NCBI GenBank assembly: GCA_021648685.1
Contig: JAKISI010000009.1
Span: 4 to 64,003, forward strand
DNA length: 64,000 nt
Direction of reading: 5' to 3'
Source: Candidatus Polarisedimenticolaceae bacterium
Lineage (GTDB): Bacteria > Pseudomonadota > Gammaproteobacteria > Chromatiales > Chromatiaceae
Shown here: piece after piece, positions 9,258 to 18,450 of the stretch
Position numbering within the stretch: position 1 is the first letter of the stretch
How the letters are laid out: each line of letters starts with the position of its first letter
Translations under genes and position numbers: made by a program
The notes under the pieces: generated by a model
Told to the model about the DNA's origin: nothing
The model's database searches: none
Seen by the model: the letters and a program-made list of their open reading frames with translations, nothing else

Positions 9258-9349
9258 ATCGTTCACAAACAGCTGAAACACCATCCACCAGGCTCATTAT
9301 GGGCATGGTGATTTTGTGCGTTACAACAAATGAAAGCACCGCTTGTCTG

Positions 9350-9378
9350 CTGTAATATTTCTGTAACATTAATGCAAC
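9350..9378 (+). promoter_or_regulatory. Pho box array upstream of pstS
   Basis: CTGTAAT-ATTT-CTGTAAC-ATTA-ATGCAAC: three 7-mers in strict 11-bp phase, ~118 nt upstream of the pstS ATG. Confidence 0.55.
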
Positions 9379-9495
9379 ATAATGGCCGCTCAGCTTTACT
9401 GCCACCCTCACTATTTCCTGCAGATACTATCGGGGACGCACCTGTTGGCTGGCTTTTACCGCTCAATGAATCCATTTGTTTGGGGAGACCATCCA

Positions 9496-10371
9496 ATGAA
9501 AGCCAAATTTATTTCCATCACCCTGCTAAGCGCAGGCATCGCTCTTGCGGCCCTGAATGCCGAAGCACGCACCCTGATTCAGAACAAAGGCTCCGACACC
9601 CTGGTAAATGTTGCCCAGGCCTGGGCCGAGCAGTACCGTGAAATAAACCCCGAAGTGGCTGTTGCAGTCTCCGGCGGCGGATCTGGCACCGGCATTGCTG
9701 CCATGATCAATGGCACCGTGGATATTGCCAACTCTAGCCGCAAAATGAAAAAAAGGGAGCTGGCGCTGGCCAGGAAGCGGGGACGCGACCCCGTGGAGCA
9801 TGTAGTGGGATATGACGCCCTGGCCATCTACCTGCACCCCAATAACCCTGCAAAATCCCTCACCATTGCTCAAATTGCTGACATCTACGGTCGCAAGAGC
9901 AAGATCAAAAAATGGACAGATCTGGGCCTTGAAGTCCCTGGCTGCAAGGAGCAACAGATCATCCTGGTCAGTCGTCAGAACAACTCTGGCACCTACGCCT
10001 ATTTCAAGAAGGCGGTGCTGGGCAAGAAAGGTAAATACCGCATGGGTACCCTGGATATGCACGGCTCCAAGGATGTGGTGGAACTGGTTGAGAAGACCCC
10101 CTGCGCCATCGGCTACAGCGGGCTGGCCTATGCCACCGACCATGTCAAGCTGGCCTGCATTGCCAAAGACGCTGAATCCGCCTGCGTAGTCCCCAGCGTG
10201 GCCGCCGCAGGCGATGGCAGCTACCCCATCGCCCGCCCGCTCTACATGTACACCAATGGTGAACCCAAAGGCGAGATAAAGAGCTACATGGACTGGATCT
10301 ACGGTGAGCAAGGTCAATGTATTATCGTGAAAAAAGGCTATGCCCCGATCAGCGATGTGAGCTGCAAGTAA
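9496..10371 (+). CDS. pstS: Phosphate ABC transporter substrate-binding protein PstS
   Basis: Starts at ATG 9496 (GGGGAG RBS) with signal peptide MKAKFISITLLSAGIALAALNAEA. Contains GSDTLVNVAQAWAE...AVSGGGSGTGIAAMINGTVDIANSSR...SRQNNSGTY, typical of the PstS family. Confidence 0.85.
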   Translation: MKAKFISITLLSAGIALAALNAEARTLIQNKGSDTLVNVAQAWAEQYREINPEVAVAVSGGGSGTGIAAMINGTVDIANSSRKMKKRELALARKRGRDPVEHVVGYDALAIYLHPNNPAKSLTIAQIADIYGRKSKIKKWTDLGLEVPGCKEQQIILVSRQNNSGTYAYFKKAVLGKKGKYRMGTLDMHGSKDVVELVEKTPCAIGYSGLAYATDHVKLACIAKDAESACVVPSVAAAGDGSYPIARPLYMYTNGEPKGEIKSYMDWIYGEQGQCIIVKKGYAPISDVSCK

Positions 10372-10402
10372 ACCTCTCCAAACATTTTAGCCAGGAGCCA
10401 AC

Positions 10403-11488
10403 ATGAGTCATTACGAACAACGCCTGGAGCGGGATCTCAACCAGATCCGAAAGCAGGTGGCCGAGGTTGCTGAACGGGTAGAAACCGGGCTGAAGGATGC
10501 CATGCATGCGCTCCTCTCAGGCAACCAGAAACTGGCCTACGCCACCATCCTGGGCGATCTCCCCATCAATCGGCGGGTACGTCAGATCGACCAGCTCTGC
10601 CACAGCTTTATCGCCCTGCATCTGCCCAGCGCCGGGCATCTGCGGCTGATCTCTGCTGTGATCCGCATCAATATCGAGCTGGAACGCATTGGTGACTACG
10701 CGGTCACCATCTGCCGTGAATCGGTGCAGATGTCGCAGCCACAGCAGGGTGTCCTGACCGACAAGCTGGAGCTTATATCCGAAGAGTCACGCCACATGCT
10801 CTCCCAGGCCATCACTGCTTTCAATGAGGGAAATGCGGAGGCCGCCAGAGCGACCAAAGGGATGGCGACACAGATTGATCACCTCTTCAGCTCCGCCTTC
10901 TCTGACCTGACTGCTGAAAACAGCGGTTTTGCTCTCAAAGACCTCATGCGGCTGTTCAACATCTTTCACCGCCTGGAGCGCGTAGCCGCACAGGCCAAGA
11001 ATATCTGTGAAGAGACCCTGTTTGTCGTAACAGGTGAGACCAAGGCACCCAAGGTCTACCGCATCCTCTTTCTGGATGAGGAGAACAGCGGACTGAGCCA
11101 GATGGCGGAAGCGATTGCCCGGCGTAACTTTCCCAACAGCGGTCACTACAGCAGTGCCGGGCGTCATGCCAGCAAAGAGCTCAACCCCGCAGTCACTGAA
11201 TTTATGCAGCAACATGGTTTTGATCTTAGTGAGGCGCACCCCAAGCCGCTGGATATGACCACCAGTGAGCTGGGCGAACTGCATGTCATTGTCAGTCTGG
11301 AGGGGGCGGTAAAAAACTACATCACCGAGATCCCCTTTCACACGGTTGCCTTGGAGTGGGATGTGGGCACGCTGCCCGCAGGCCTGGATGCGGAACAGAC
11401 CCATCAGCGGCAAGAGGCCCTCTATCGTGAGATTGCTGTACGCATACAGGATCTGATGCAGACACTGCGTGGCGCAGAGGCCTCCTGA
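10403..11488 (+). CDS. phoU: PhoU fused to a C-terminal LMW-PTP/ArsC-like domain that lacks the CX5R catalytic loop
   Basis: Residues 1-~212 have the two PhoU repeats (ELERIGDYA and RLERVAAQAKNICEE). Residues ~217-361 align with LMW phosphatase/ArsC (YRILFLDEENSGLSQMAEAIA...SAG....LNP.....M...G.DLS), but CTGNSCRS is replaced by DEENSGLS. Confidence 0.8.
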   Translation: MSHYEQRLERDLNQIRKQVAEVAERVETGLKDAMHALLSGNQKLAYATILGDLPINRRVRQIDQLCHSFIALHLPSAGHLRLISAVIRINIELERIGDYAVTICRESVQMSQPQQGVLTDKLELISEESRHMLSQAITAFNEGNAEAARATKGMATQIDHLFSSAFSDLTAENSGFALKDLMRLFNIFHRLERVAAQAKNICEETLFVVTGETKAPKVYRILFLDEENSGLSQMAEAIARRNFPNSGHYSSAGRHASKELNPAVTEFMQQHGFDLSEAHPKPLDMTTSELGELHVIVSLEGAVKNYITEIPFHTVALEWDVGTLPAGLDAEQTHQRQEALYREIAVRIQDLMQTLRGAEAS

Positions 11489-11489
11489 C

Positions 11490-12398
11490 ATGTCTCATAA
11501 TCACGCAATTGACCGGCGCAACCTGGATTGGTACATCGACAAAGCCGTTCAGGTACTGGTTTTCATCGGCGGCATCTCCGCCGTCGTATTCATTGTCGGC
11601 ATCTTTCTCTTTATCACCAAAGAGGGGATCGGCTTCCTGATCAATACGCTCGACCTTCAGGAGTTCTTCGGTTCACCCTACTGGGAGCCGAGCGATGAGG
11701 ATGCACCGGAATATGGCATCCTGGCGCTGATGGCCGGCACCGCCAGTGTCACCGGGCTGGCGATGCTGATTGCCATCCCCTTCTCACTGGGCAGCGCCAT
11801 CTATGTCGCAGAGTTTGCCACTGGCAAGACCCGTGAGTGGCTGAAGATCCTGATTGAGCTGCTGGCCGCCATCCCTTCCGTGGTCTGGGGCTTCATTGGT
11901 TTGACCATCATGAACCCGCTGATCATCGAACTGTTTGATGTGCCGGTAGGGCTCACCGTACTCAATGCCGGCATCATACTGGGGCTGATGGCAGCGCCAA
12001 TCATGACCTCCATTGCCGAGGATGCCCTCAAGGCCGTGCCGGATCGCTACCGCGAAGCAGCCGAGGCACTGGGGGCGACCCGCTGGCAGATCATCTTCAA
12101 GACGGTGTTGCCTGCGGCCAAGAATGGTCTGCTGGGCGCGGTGCTGCTCGGTGTCGGGCGCGGCTTTGGTGAAACCATGGCGGTGCTGATGGCAACCGGC
12201 CATGCCGTCAACATCCCCGGCAGCGTCTTCGACTCAGTTCGTGCACTGACGGCTACCATCGCCGCCGAGCTGGGCGAGACTGCCGTCGGATCAGATCACT
12301 ATCAGGTGCTCTTCACCATTGGTCTCTTCCTCTTCCTGATCACCTTTCTGATCAACCTGACGGCTGATCTGATCGTGCGTGGTATTCGCAACAGCTAA
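11490..12398 (+). CDS. pstC: Phosphate ABC transporter permease PstC
   Basis: Multi-TM protein with the EAA-type loop (IAEDALKAVPDRYREAAEALGATRWQIIFKTVLPAAKNG). ATG 11490 lies 1 nt after the phoU stop. Confidence 0.9.
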   Translation: MSHNHAIDRRNLDWYIDKAVQVLVFIGGISAVVFIVGIFLFITKEGIGFLINTLDLQEFFGSPYWEPSDEDAPEYGILALMAGTASVTGLAMLIAIPFSLGSAIYVAEFATGKTREWLKILIELLAAIPSVVWGFIGLTIMNPLIIELFDVPVGLTVLNAGIILGLMAAPIMTSIAEDALKAVPDRYREAAEALGATRWQIIFKTVLPAAKNGLLGAVLLGVGRGFGETMAVLMATGHAVNIPGSVFDSVRALTATIAAELGETAVGSDHYQVLFTIGLFLFLITFLINLTADLIVRGIRNS

Positions 12399-12482
12399 TG
12401 AACTGAGAGACTTATGCGGCATTGCAGGCGGAGCTTTAGCCCCGCCAACAGCATCCGCTGTCACTGCTGACCCCCAATTTGA

Positions 12483-13364
12483 ATGGACAATTCTATGTTT
12501 GCAGCAACCGAACTCAACCGAAAAAACCAGCGTACCGAAAAACTGGTGCGCATACTCTTCGTTCTGATGGCTGGCCTGTTGATCTTGCCGGTGCTGATCA
12601 TCCTGACCACGCTGGTCTACAAGGGCGGAGGCATCCTCTCGATTGACTTCCTCTTTACCCACCCCACCAATGGTATGACCGAAGGAGGCATCTTACCCGC
12701 CCTGCTGGGTACCATCTGGCTGGTCGTGGTGGCGCTGCTCATCTCGGTGCCACTGGGTATCGCCGCAGCCATCTACCTCAGTGAATATGCCCCGGACAAC
12801 TGGGGTACCCGGCTGATCAATCTGGCCATCATCAACCTGGCCGGCGTACCTTCCATCGTACACGCCCTGTTTGGGCTGGGCGCCTTCGTGATCTTCTTTG
12901 AATTTGGCACCAGCATTCTGGCGGCCAGCCTGACGCTGGCCATCATGACGCTGCCGGTGGTCATCGTTGCCACCCGCGAATCGCTCCAGGCAGTGCCACA
13001 CGCCTTCCGTGAGGCCTGCTGGAATATGGGCGCCACCCGCTGGCAGACCATCCGCCGCGTGGTACTGCCCAATGCCATCAGCGGCATCCTGACCGGTGTC
13101 ATCCTGGAGGTCTCCCGCTCTGCGGGTGAAACCGCCCCAATCATGTTTACCGGCGCAGTATTCTTCAGCCCCTTTCTGCCGCAGGGGGTCATGGATCAGA
13201 CCATGGCCATGTCGCTGCACCTGTTTGTGGTCTCCACCCAGGTGCCCAACGTGCCAGAGGACCTGCCCTACGGCGTGGCGCTGGTGCTGATTGGCATGGT
13301 GCTGATCATGAACAGCGTCTCCATCGCCTTTCGCATGCACCTGCGAGGTAAGAAAAAATGGTGA
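12483..13364 (+). CDS. pstA: Phosphate ABC transporter permease PstA
   Basis: Multi-TM protein with TRESLQAVPHAFREACWNMGATRWQTIRRVVLPNAISG and SRSAGETAP, typical of PstA. Confidence 0.9.
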   Translation: MDNSMFAATELNRKNQRTEKLVRILFVLMAGLLILPVLIILTTLVYKGGGILSIDFLFTHPTNGMTEGGILPALLGTIWLVVVALLISVPLGIAAAIYLSEYAPDNWGTRLINLAIINLAGVPSIVHALFGLGAFVIFFEFGTSILAASLTLAIMTLPVVIVATRESLQAVPHAFREACWNMGATRWQTIRRVVLPNAISGILTGVILEVSRSAGETAPIMFTGAVFFSPFLPQGVMDQTMAMSLHLFVVSTQVPNVPEDLPYGVALVLIGMVLIMNSVSIAFRMHLRGKKKW

Positions 13365-14128
13365 ACGACACCCGTCCAGTCAAGCTGGAGATTCGGAACC
13401 TCAACATCAGCTATGGTGGCCAGGCAGCGATCAGCGGGGTCAACCTGAGCATCCGTGAACATGAGATCTTCGGCATCATTGGCCCGGCCAATGCGGGCAA
13501 GACCTCATTCCTGAAGGCGATCAACCGCATGGATATGTTCGACCGCAAGATGCGGGTCGAGGGCGACATCCTTTTTAACGGCCAGAATGTGCGGGAATGG
13601 CGCAACATTTACGCTCTGCGCTCCCGCATCGGAGTGGTCTTTCCACTGCCGGTGGGTCTGCCGATGTCGGTCTACGACAACGTCGCCCTCTCTGCCCGGC
13701 TGCGCGGTATCAAAGAGAAGGCCGAGCTGGATCTCATCGTGGAGCGCTGCCTCACCCGCGCCGCCCTCTGGGATGAGGTGAAGGATCGGCTGGATACACT
13801 CGGCAGCCTGCTCTCCGGGGGGCAGCAGCAGCGACTCACCATCGCCCGTGCACTTTCACAGGAGCCGGAGCTGCTGATGCTGGATGAGTTCTCCATCGCC
13901 GTTGACCCGGTCACCACCATGCGTATTGAGGATGTACTCAAAGAGCTGAAGAGTGAGATGACTATCATCCTGGTCACCAATCTGGTGCAGCAGGCCCGGC
14001 GGCTGGCTGACCGCACCGCCTTCTTTCTGGATGGGGAGTGTGTGGAGATTGCCCAGACCGAGGCACTGTTTACCGGTCAGGCCAGCGACCCACGTACCCA
14101 GGATTATGTCGAAGGGAGGTTTGGCTAA
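13358..14128 (+). CDS. pstB: Divergent PstB paralogue (Q-loop Gln and H-loop His missing, LSGGQ intact)
   Basis: Collinear with E. coli PstB with no gaps in the motif regions. Walker A GPANAGKTS; Q-loop VVFPLP (Q->P96); signature LSGGQQQRLTIAR; Walker B LLMLDEF; H-loop VTNLV (H->N208); C-terminal DYVEGRFG. Confidence 0.85.
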   Translation: MVNDTRPVKLEIRNLNISYGGQAAISGVNLSIREHEIFGIIGPANAGKTSFLKAINRMDMFDRKMRVEGDILFNGQNVREWRNIYALRSRIGVVFPLPVGLPMSVYDNVALSARLRGIKEKAELDLIVERCLTRAALWDEVKDRLDTLGSLLSGGQQQRLTIARALSQEPELLMLDEFSIAVDPVTTMRIEDVLKELKSEMTIILVTNLVQQARRLADRTAFFLDGECVEIAQTEALFTGQASDPRTQDYVEGRFG

Positions 14129-14131
14129 GCC

Positions 14132-14920
14132 ATGAATATAACCACCAAAGAGAAGCCCGTAGAACTTGCCATCCAGGCTCGCCAGCTCAACCTCTGGTAC
14201 GGCACCTTCCAGGCACTGTTTGAGGTTGATCTCAATATCAAGAAAGGGATGATCACCTCCCTGATCGGCCCCTCAGGTTGCGGCAAATCGACCTTTCTGC
14301 GCAGCATCAACCGCATTAACGAGCGGCTTGGTTATGTCCGCATCAGTGGTCGCGTGGAGGTCTTTGATCAGGACATCTACGCCCCGGAGGTAGAGCTGAT
14401 CCAGCTGCGTAAACAGGTCGGCATGGTGTTCCAACGCCCCAACCCACTGCCCACCTCGATCAGAGAGAATGTCCTGTTCGGCCATAAGCTGCACAATAGC
14501 AAGAGCGGCAGCCGTGCAGAACAGGATGAGATCGTAGAGAGCGCACTACAACAGGTGTTGCTGTGGGATAAGGTCAAAGACCGACTGCACCACAAGGCGA
14601 CCAAACTCTCGCTGGAGGAGCAGCAGAAGCTCTGCATCGCCCGACTGCTGCCGGTAAAGCCCGGCGTCCTGCTGATGGATGAACCCTGTTCGGCACTTGA
14701 TCCCAAAGGCACCGAAGCGGTCGAAGAGCTGATCTGGGAGCTGCGTGGAAAGTACAGCATTCTGATCGTAACGCACAACATGGCGCAGGCACGCCGCGCC
14801 AGCGAAGAGTGTATCTTCATGCTGATGGGCAAGGTGGTGGAGCACAGCCTCACCAGCCAGATGTTCGTCACCCCGGCACAGCAGGAGACGGCCGACTATA
14901 TTGAGGGGCGCTACGGGTAG
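14132..14920 (+). CDS. pstB: PstB with canonical Walker A/Q/B/H motifs but a degenerate signature motif
   Basis: GPSGCGKST, MVFQRPNP, LLMDEPCSALDP and VTHNMAQARR are canonical. The signature is LSLEEQQKLCIAR instead of LSGGQQQRLCIAR (nt 14606-14623 read CTC TCG CTG GAG GAG CAG). Confidence 0.9.
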   Translation: MNITTKEKPVELAIQARQLNLWYGTFQALFEVDLNIKKGMITSLIGPSGCGKSTFLRSINRINERLGYVRISGRVEVFDQDIYAPEVELIQLRKQVGMVFQRPNPLPTSIRENVLFGHKLHNSKSGSRAEQDEIVESALQQVLLWDKVKDRLHHKATKLSLEEQQKLCIARLLPVKPGVLLMDEPCSALDPKGTEAVEELIWELRGKYSILIVTHNMAQARRASEECIFMLMGKVVEHSLTSQMFVTPAQQETADYIEGRYG

Positions 14921-14921
14921 C

Positions 14922-16286
14922 TCAACCCCTCTCCCGCTTTTCGGTCTTAAAAAAGTCCCGAGTCAGGGCAAATACCACCGGGCTCAAGAGCAACAGCGCC
15001 AACAGGTTTGGCAGCGCCATCAGGCCGTTGAGGGTATCGGCAACCAGCCAGATAAAACCCAGATTGGCCGTGGCACCAATCGGGATGGCAATGATCCAGA
15101 GCACTCGGAAGGGGATGATGGATCTGACGCCAAACAGGTACTCCACGCACTTTTCGCCATAGAAGCTCCATCCCAGCAGGGTGGTAAAGGCGAAGATGCT
15201 CAGCCCCAGGGTCACCACATACCCCCCCACGCCGGGCAGCGCCTGCTCAAAGGCGGCCGATGAGAGAGCCGCTCCGGTCTCACCACTCGTCCAGGCTCCG
15301 GAGATTACAATCACCAGCCCGGTGATGCTGCATATAATAATAGTGTCGATAAAGGTGCCCAGCATCGCTACCGTGCCCTGTCTGACCGGGCTGTCAGTTG
15401 CGGCAGCAGCATGGGCAATGGGCGCACTGCCCAGCCCCGCCTCGTTGGAGAAGATGCCGCGCGCCACGCCCATCTGGATCGCCAGCATCACCGAGGCACC
15501 CGCAAAGCCTCCGGTGGCCGCCGTTGGAGTGAAGGCATCGGTGACAATCAGAGCCAGGGCTGCGGGGATCTCTGTGACGTTGAGGATCAAAATAATCAGG
15601 CCGGCACAGAGATAGGCCACCGCCATAAAGGGCACCAGCCTGCCTGCCACCTCGGCAATACGCCGGATGCCGCCGATCAGCACCAGCGCCACCAGCGTGG
15701 CCATCACCAGCCCGGTAACCCAGTGCGGGACACCAAAAACACCTGAGTTCAAGGCAGCAGCCACAGAGTTGGCCTGCACGGTGTTGCCAATGCCAAAACC
15801 AGCCAGCGCACCAAAAACGGCAAAGGCCGCGCCCAGCCAGCGCCAATTGTGGCTCAGCCCGTTTTTGATGTAGTACATGGGGCCGCCCACATGGTTGCCC
15901 TGCTCATCAACCTCCCGGTAGTGGACAGCGCAGACCGCCTCTGCATACTTTGTGGCCATGCCCAGCAGTGCCGTGCACCACATCCAGAAGAGCGCACCTG
16001 GGCCGCCGATGAAGATGGCAGTGGCAACACCGGCAATATTACCGGTTCCAATGGTTGCGGCAAGCGAGGTCATCAATGCGTTAAAGGGGCTGACATCACC
16101 CTCTCCTCGACCCTGCCGCCCCGCCCAGAGCATACGAAAACCGTACTTGAGCTGACGCAGCGGCATCGCTTTCAGGCCGATCATCAGATAGAGGCCGGTG
16201 CCAAGGATCAGCACCAACATATATTTGCCCCAAACCAGGCCATTCAGTGCCTCTATCAGGTTGGCAATCATCTCCACATTCAACAT
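14922..16286 (-). CDS. Alanine/glycine:cation symporter (AGCS family)
   Basis: 454 aa, ~11 TM. SPFNALMTSLAATIGTGNIAGVATAIFIGGPGALFWMW and GIFSNEAGLGSAPIAHAAA are hallmark AGCS segments. Confidence 0.9.
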   Translation of the reverse strand: MLNVEMIANLIEALNGLVWGKYMLVLILGTGLYLMIGLKAMPLRQLKYGFRMLWAGRQGRGEGDVSPFNALMTSLAATIGTGNIAGVATAIFIGGPGALFWMWCTALLGMATKYAEAVCAVHYREVDEQGNHVGGPMYYIKNGLSHNWRWLGAAFAVFGALAGFGIGNTVQANSVAAALNSGVFGVPHWVTGLVMATLVALVLIGGIRRIAEVAGRLVPFMAVAYLCAGLIILILNVTEIPAALALIVTDAFTPTAATGGFAGASVMLAIQMGVARGIFSNEAGLGSAPIAHAAAATDSPVRQGTVAMLGTFIDTIIICSITGLVIVISGAWTSGETGAALSSAAFEQALPGVGGYVVTLGLSIFAFTTLLGWSFYGEKCVEYLFGVRSIIPFRVLWIIAIPIGATANLGFIWLVADTLNGLMALPNLLALLLLSPVVFALTRDFFKTEKRERG

Positions 16287-16360
16287 CTCCCGTCATAAGC
16301 CGCAATCGGCTTGTGGGTTGTCACAAAAAGGGCTAACTTGTAGCCCTACAGAATAAAACA

Positions 16361-17224
16361 GTGAGTCCTGTGAAGCGACCTGATTTCTCCAAGCTGCTCC
16401 CTTTTTTGCTGATAGCAGCCACCCTGGCCGGGTGTAGCTCTCTGGCCTCAAAAACCGAGAAGATGGCGGACAGCATCTCCCGTGCCATGCTCAATCAGGA
16501 TGACCCGGACATTGTACGCGCAGGGGCACCCGCCTATCTTTTGCTGCTGGATGGAATGATCGAAGAGGCTCCGGATGATCGCGCACTGTTGATTGCCGGT
16601 GCACGGCTTTACGGTGCCTATGCGGCGGGCCTGGTGAAAGATGCCACCCGGCGCAAGCGGCTGAGCACAAGAGCCAGGAATTATGCCCGGCGCGCACTCT
16701 GCGGCATGCAGCCCATGATCTGTGAGCATGAAACCAAGCCGTTCAAGGAGCTTGCCCCCTATATCGAAGCAATTGGCCCCGCAGACCTGAAGGCGCTCTA
16801 CACCTACGCAACCAGCTGGGCAGGCTGGATCCAGGCACATAGCGGCAACTGGGAGGCCCTGGCCGATCTCCCCAAGGTGGAGCACATCCTGCAGCGGGTC
16901 ATCACCCTGGAGCCAGAGCATGACCGGGGGCGCGCCCAGCTCTATCTTGCTGTCATGCATACACAGCTGCCACCGGCCATGGGCGGCAGGCCCGAGGTGG
17001 GAAAGGCACACTTTGAGCAGGCAATTCAATATTCCAATGGCAGAGATTTGATGGCCAAGGTTGAGTTTGCCCGCCGCTACGCCCGGCTGCTGTTTAACCA
17101 GCCACTGCACGACCGGCTGCTAAACGAGGTACTGGAAGCCGACCCAATTGAACCTGAACTGACCCTGAGCAATACCCTGGCACAGCAACAGGCACGAGCG
17201 CTGCTGGCTGATGATTACTTCTGA
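16361..17224 (+). CDS. TatT-type TPR lipoprotein component of a TRAP transporter (TPAT system)
   Basis: Lipobox LAGCSS. Contains NQDDPDIVRAGAPAYLLLLDGMIE...WAGWIQAHSGNWEALADLPKVE...GGRPEVGKAHFEQAI..S.GR.LMAKV.FAR.YARL....LHDRLL.EVL.ADP......TLSN.LAQ..A..LL...DDYF, which fits the TatT family as I recall it. Followed by a DctP-type gene. Confidence 0.7.
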   Translation: MSPVKRPDFSKLLPFLLIAATLAGCSSLASKTEKMADSISRAMLNQDDPDIVRAGAPAYLLLLDGMIEEAPDDRALLIAGARLYGAYAAGLVKDATRRKRLSTRARNYARRALCGMQPMICEHETKPFKELAPYIEAIGPADLKALYTYATSWAGWIQAHSGNWEALADLPKVEHILQRVITLEPEHDRGRAQLYLAVMHTQLPPAMGGRPEVGKAHFEQAIQYSNGRDLMAKVEFARRYARLLFNQPLHDRLLNEVLEADPIEPELTLSNTLAQQQARALLADDYF

Positions 17225-17237
17225 TCCGGAGCCCCCC

Positions 17238-18236
17238 ATGCGTCTCTTTTTGCTGCTGATACTCTTTGCCCTTTCACCACTCACCCAGGCTCAGCCCGGC
17301 ACCCTGAAGATCGCCACCCTGGCACCCGATGGAACCCGCTGGATGCAGATCATGCGGGAGGGGGCAAAAGAGGTCAAAGAGGCCACCCAGGGGCGGGTCA
17401 ACATCCGCTTCTACCCCGGCGGGGTGATGGGCAACGACAAAAGCGTGCTGCGCAAGATCCGGGTGGGGCAGCTTCAGGGCGGCGCGCTCACCGGCGGCGG
17501 ACTGATCCCCATCTGCCCGGACTGCCAGCTCTACAGCCTGCCGTTTATGTTTCACTCATACACAGAAGTTGACTATGTGCGCAAGCGCATGGATCCGCTC
17601 CTCAGCGAGGCACTGGAGAAGAAGGGATTTGTCAGCTTTGGCATCAGCGAAGGGGGCTTTGCCTACCTGATGTCCAGCCAGCCCCTCACCCAGGTTGAGC
17701 AGCTGAGAAAGCAGCGGGTCTGGGTGCCGGAGGGTGACCGGGTCAGCCGTGTCGTCTTCGAGGCGCTCTCGGTCTCCCCCATCCCTCTGCCACTGACCGA
17801 TGTGCTGACCGGCCTGCAGACCGGGCTGATTGATACCGTAGGCATCTCACCCACAGCGGCCATCGCCTTGCAGTGGCACACCCAGGTGAAATACCTTACC
17901 GATATGCCGCTGCTCTATCTCTACGGCATGCTGGTGATTCAAAAGCGCGCCTTCCAGCGACTCTCAAAACCGGATCAGGCCATCGTAAGGCGCGTGATGG
18001 AGAACGCCTTCCGCAAAATCAACCAGCAGAGCCGGCAGGATAACCGCAGCGCCCGCAAGGCACTGCAGCGCCAGGGCATCCAGCTGACCCGCCCCTCATC
18101 CAGGGACATTGCCCAGTGGCAAACAATTATTGACCAGGCCGTGAACCAAATGGGAGAGGAGGGTGTCTATTCGTCTGAGATGCTGGAGAGGTTACGCCAA
18201 TATCTTAAAAAGCTGAGAAATTCCGGAGATCAATAA
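17238..18236 (+). CDS. TRAP transporter substrate-binding protein (DctP / TatP(T) type)
   Basis: ATG 17238 with GGAG 6 nt upstream. Signal peptide MRLFLLLILFALSPLTQA, then LKIATLAPDGTRWMQ...VNIRFYPGGVMGNDKSVLRKIRVGQLQGG, typical of the DctP family. Confidence 0.8.
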   Translation: MRLFLLLILFALSPLTQAQPGTLKIATLAPDGTRWMQIMREGAKEVKEATQGRVNIRFYPGGVMGNDKSVLRKIRVGQLQGGALTGGGLIPICPDCQLYSLPFMFHSYTEVDYVRKRMDPLLSEALEKKGFVSFGISEGGFAYLMSSQPLTQVEQLRKQRVWVPEGDRVSRVVFEALSVSPIPLPLTDVLTGLQTGLIDTVGISPTAAIALQWHTQVKYLTDMPLLYLYGMLVIQKRAFQRLSKPDQAIVRRVMENAFRKINQQSRQDNRSARKALQRQGIQLTRPSSRDIAQWQTIIDQAVNQMGEEGVYSSEMLERLRQYLKKLRNSGDQ

Positions 18237-18298
18237 ATCCGGTTTCTCAAATCCAGAGTAAAAAGTGAAAACTTGAGTAACTTGATCGGAAATTAAAT

Positions 18299-18327
18299 TT
18301 GACCAATGTCAAAAGCACTGGTATAAA
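18299..18327 (+). promoter_or_regulatory. Sigma70-like promoter for the cytochrome c5 gene
   Basis: TTGACC (18299-18304), a 17-nt spacer, then TATAAA (18322-18327), ~125 nt upstream of ATG 18451. Confidence 0.4.
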
Positions 18328-18450
18328 TCCTTGCTCTTTTTATTTGACCTAACGCATTAGTTACATGGTCAACCTTTTGTTTACTACAACTGATGCCCCA
18401 AAACGGTTTACAACTGGACTAGAGATGGGGCCTTCGCGGAGATAGATCGT

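Noticed and set aside
9382-9495. N-terminal extension of pstS
   Set aside because: The extension precedes a textbook signal peptide that starts at Met 9496 with a GGGGAG RBS. The extension also overlaps the Pho box region.
9526-10317. 263-aa minus-strand ORF
   Set aside because: It is antisense to pstS. The same reasoning applies to the long antisense ORFs at 10787-11491, 12693-13340, 16448-17110, 28855-29484, 29989-30825, 43442-44224 and 61096-61728.
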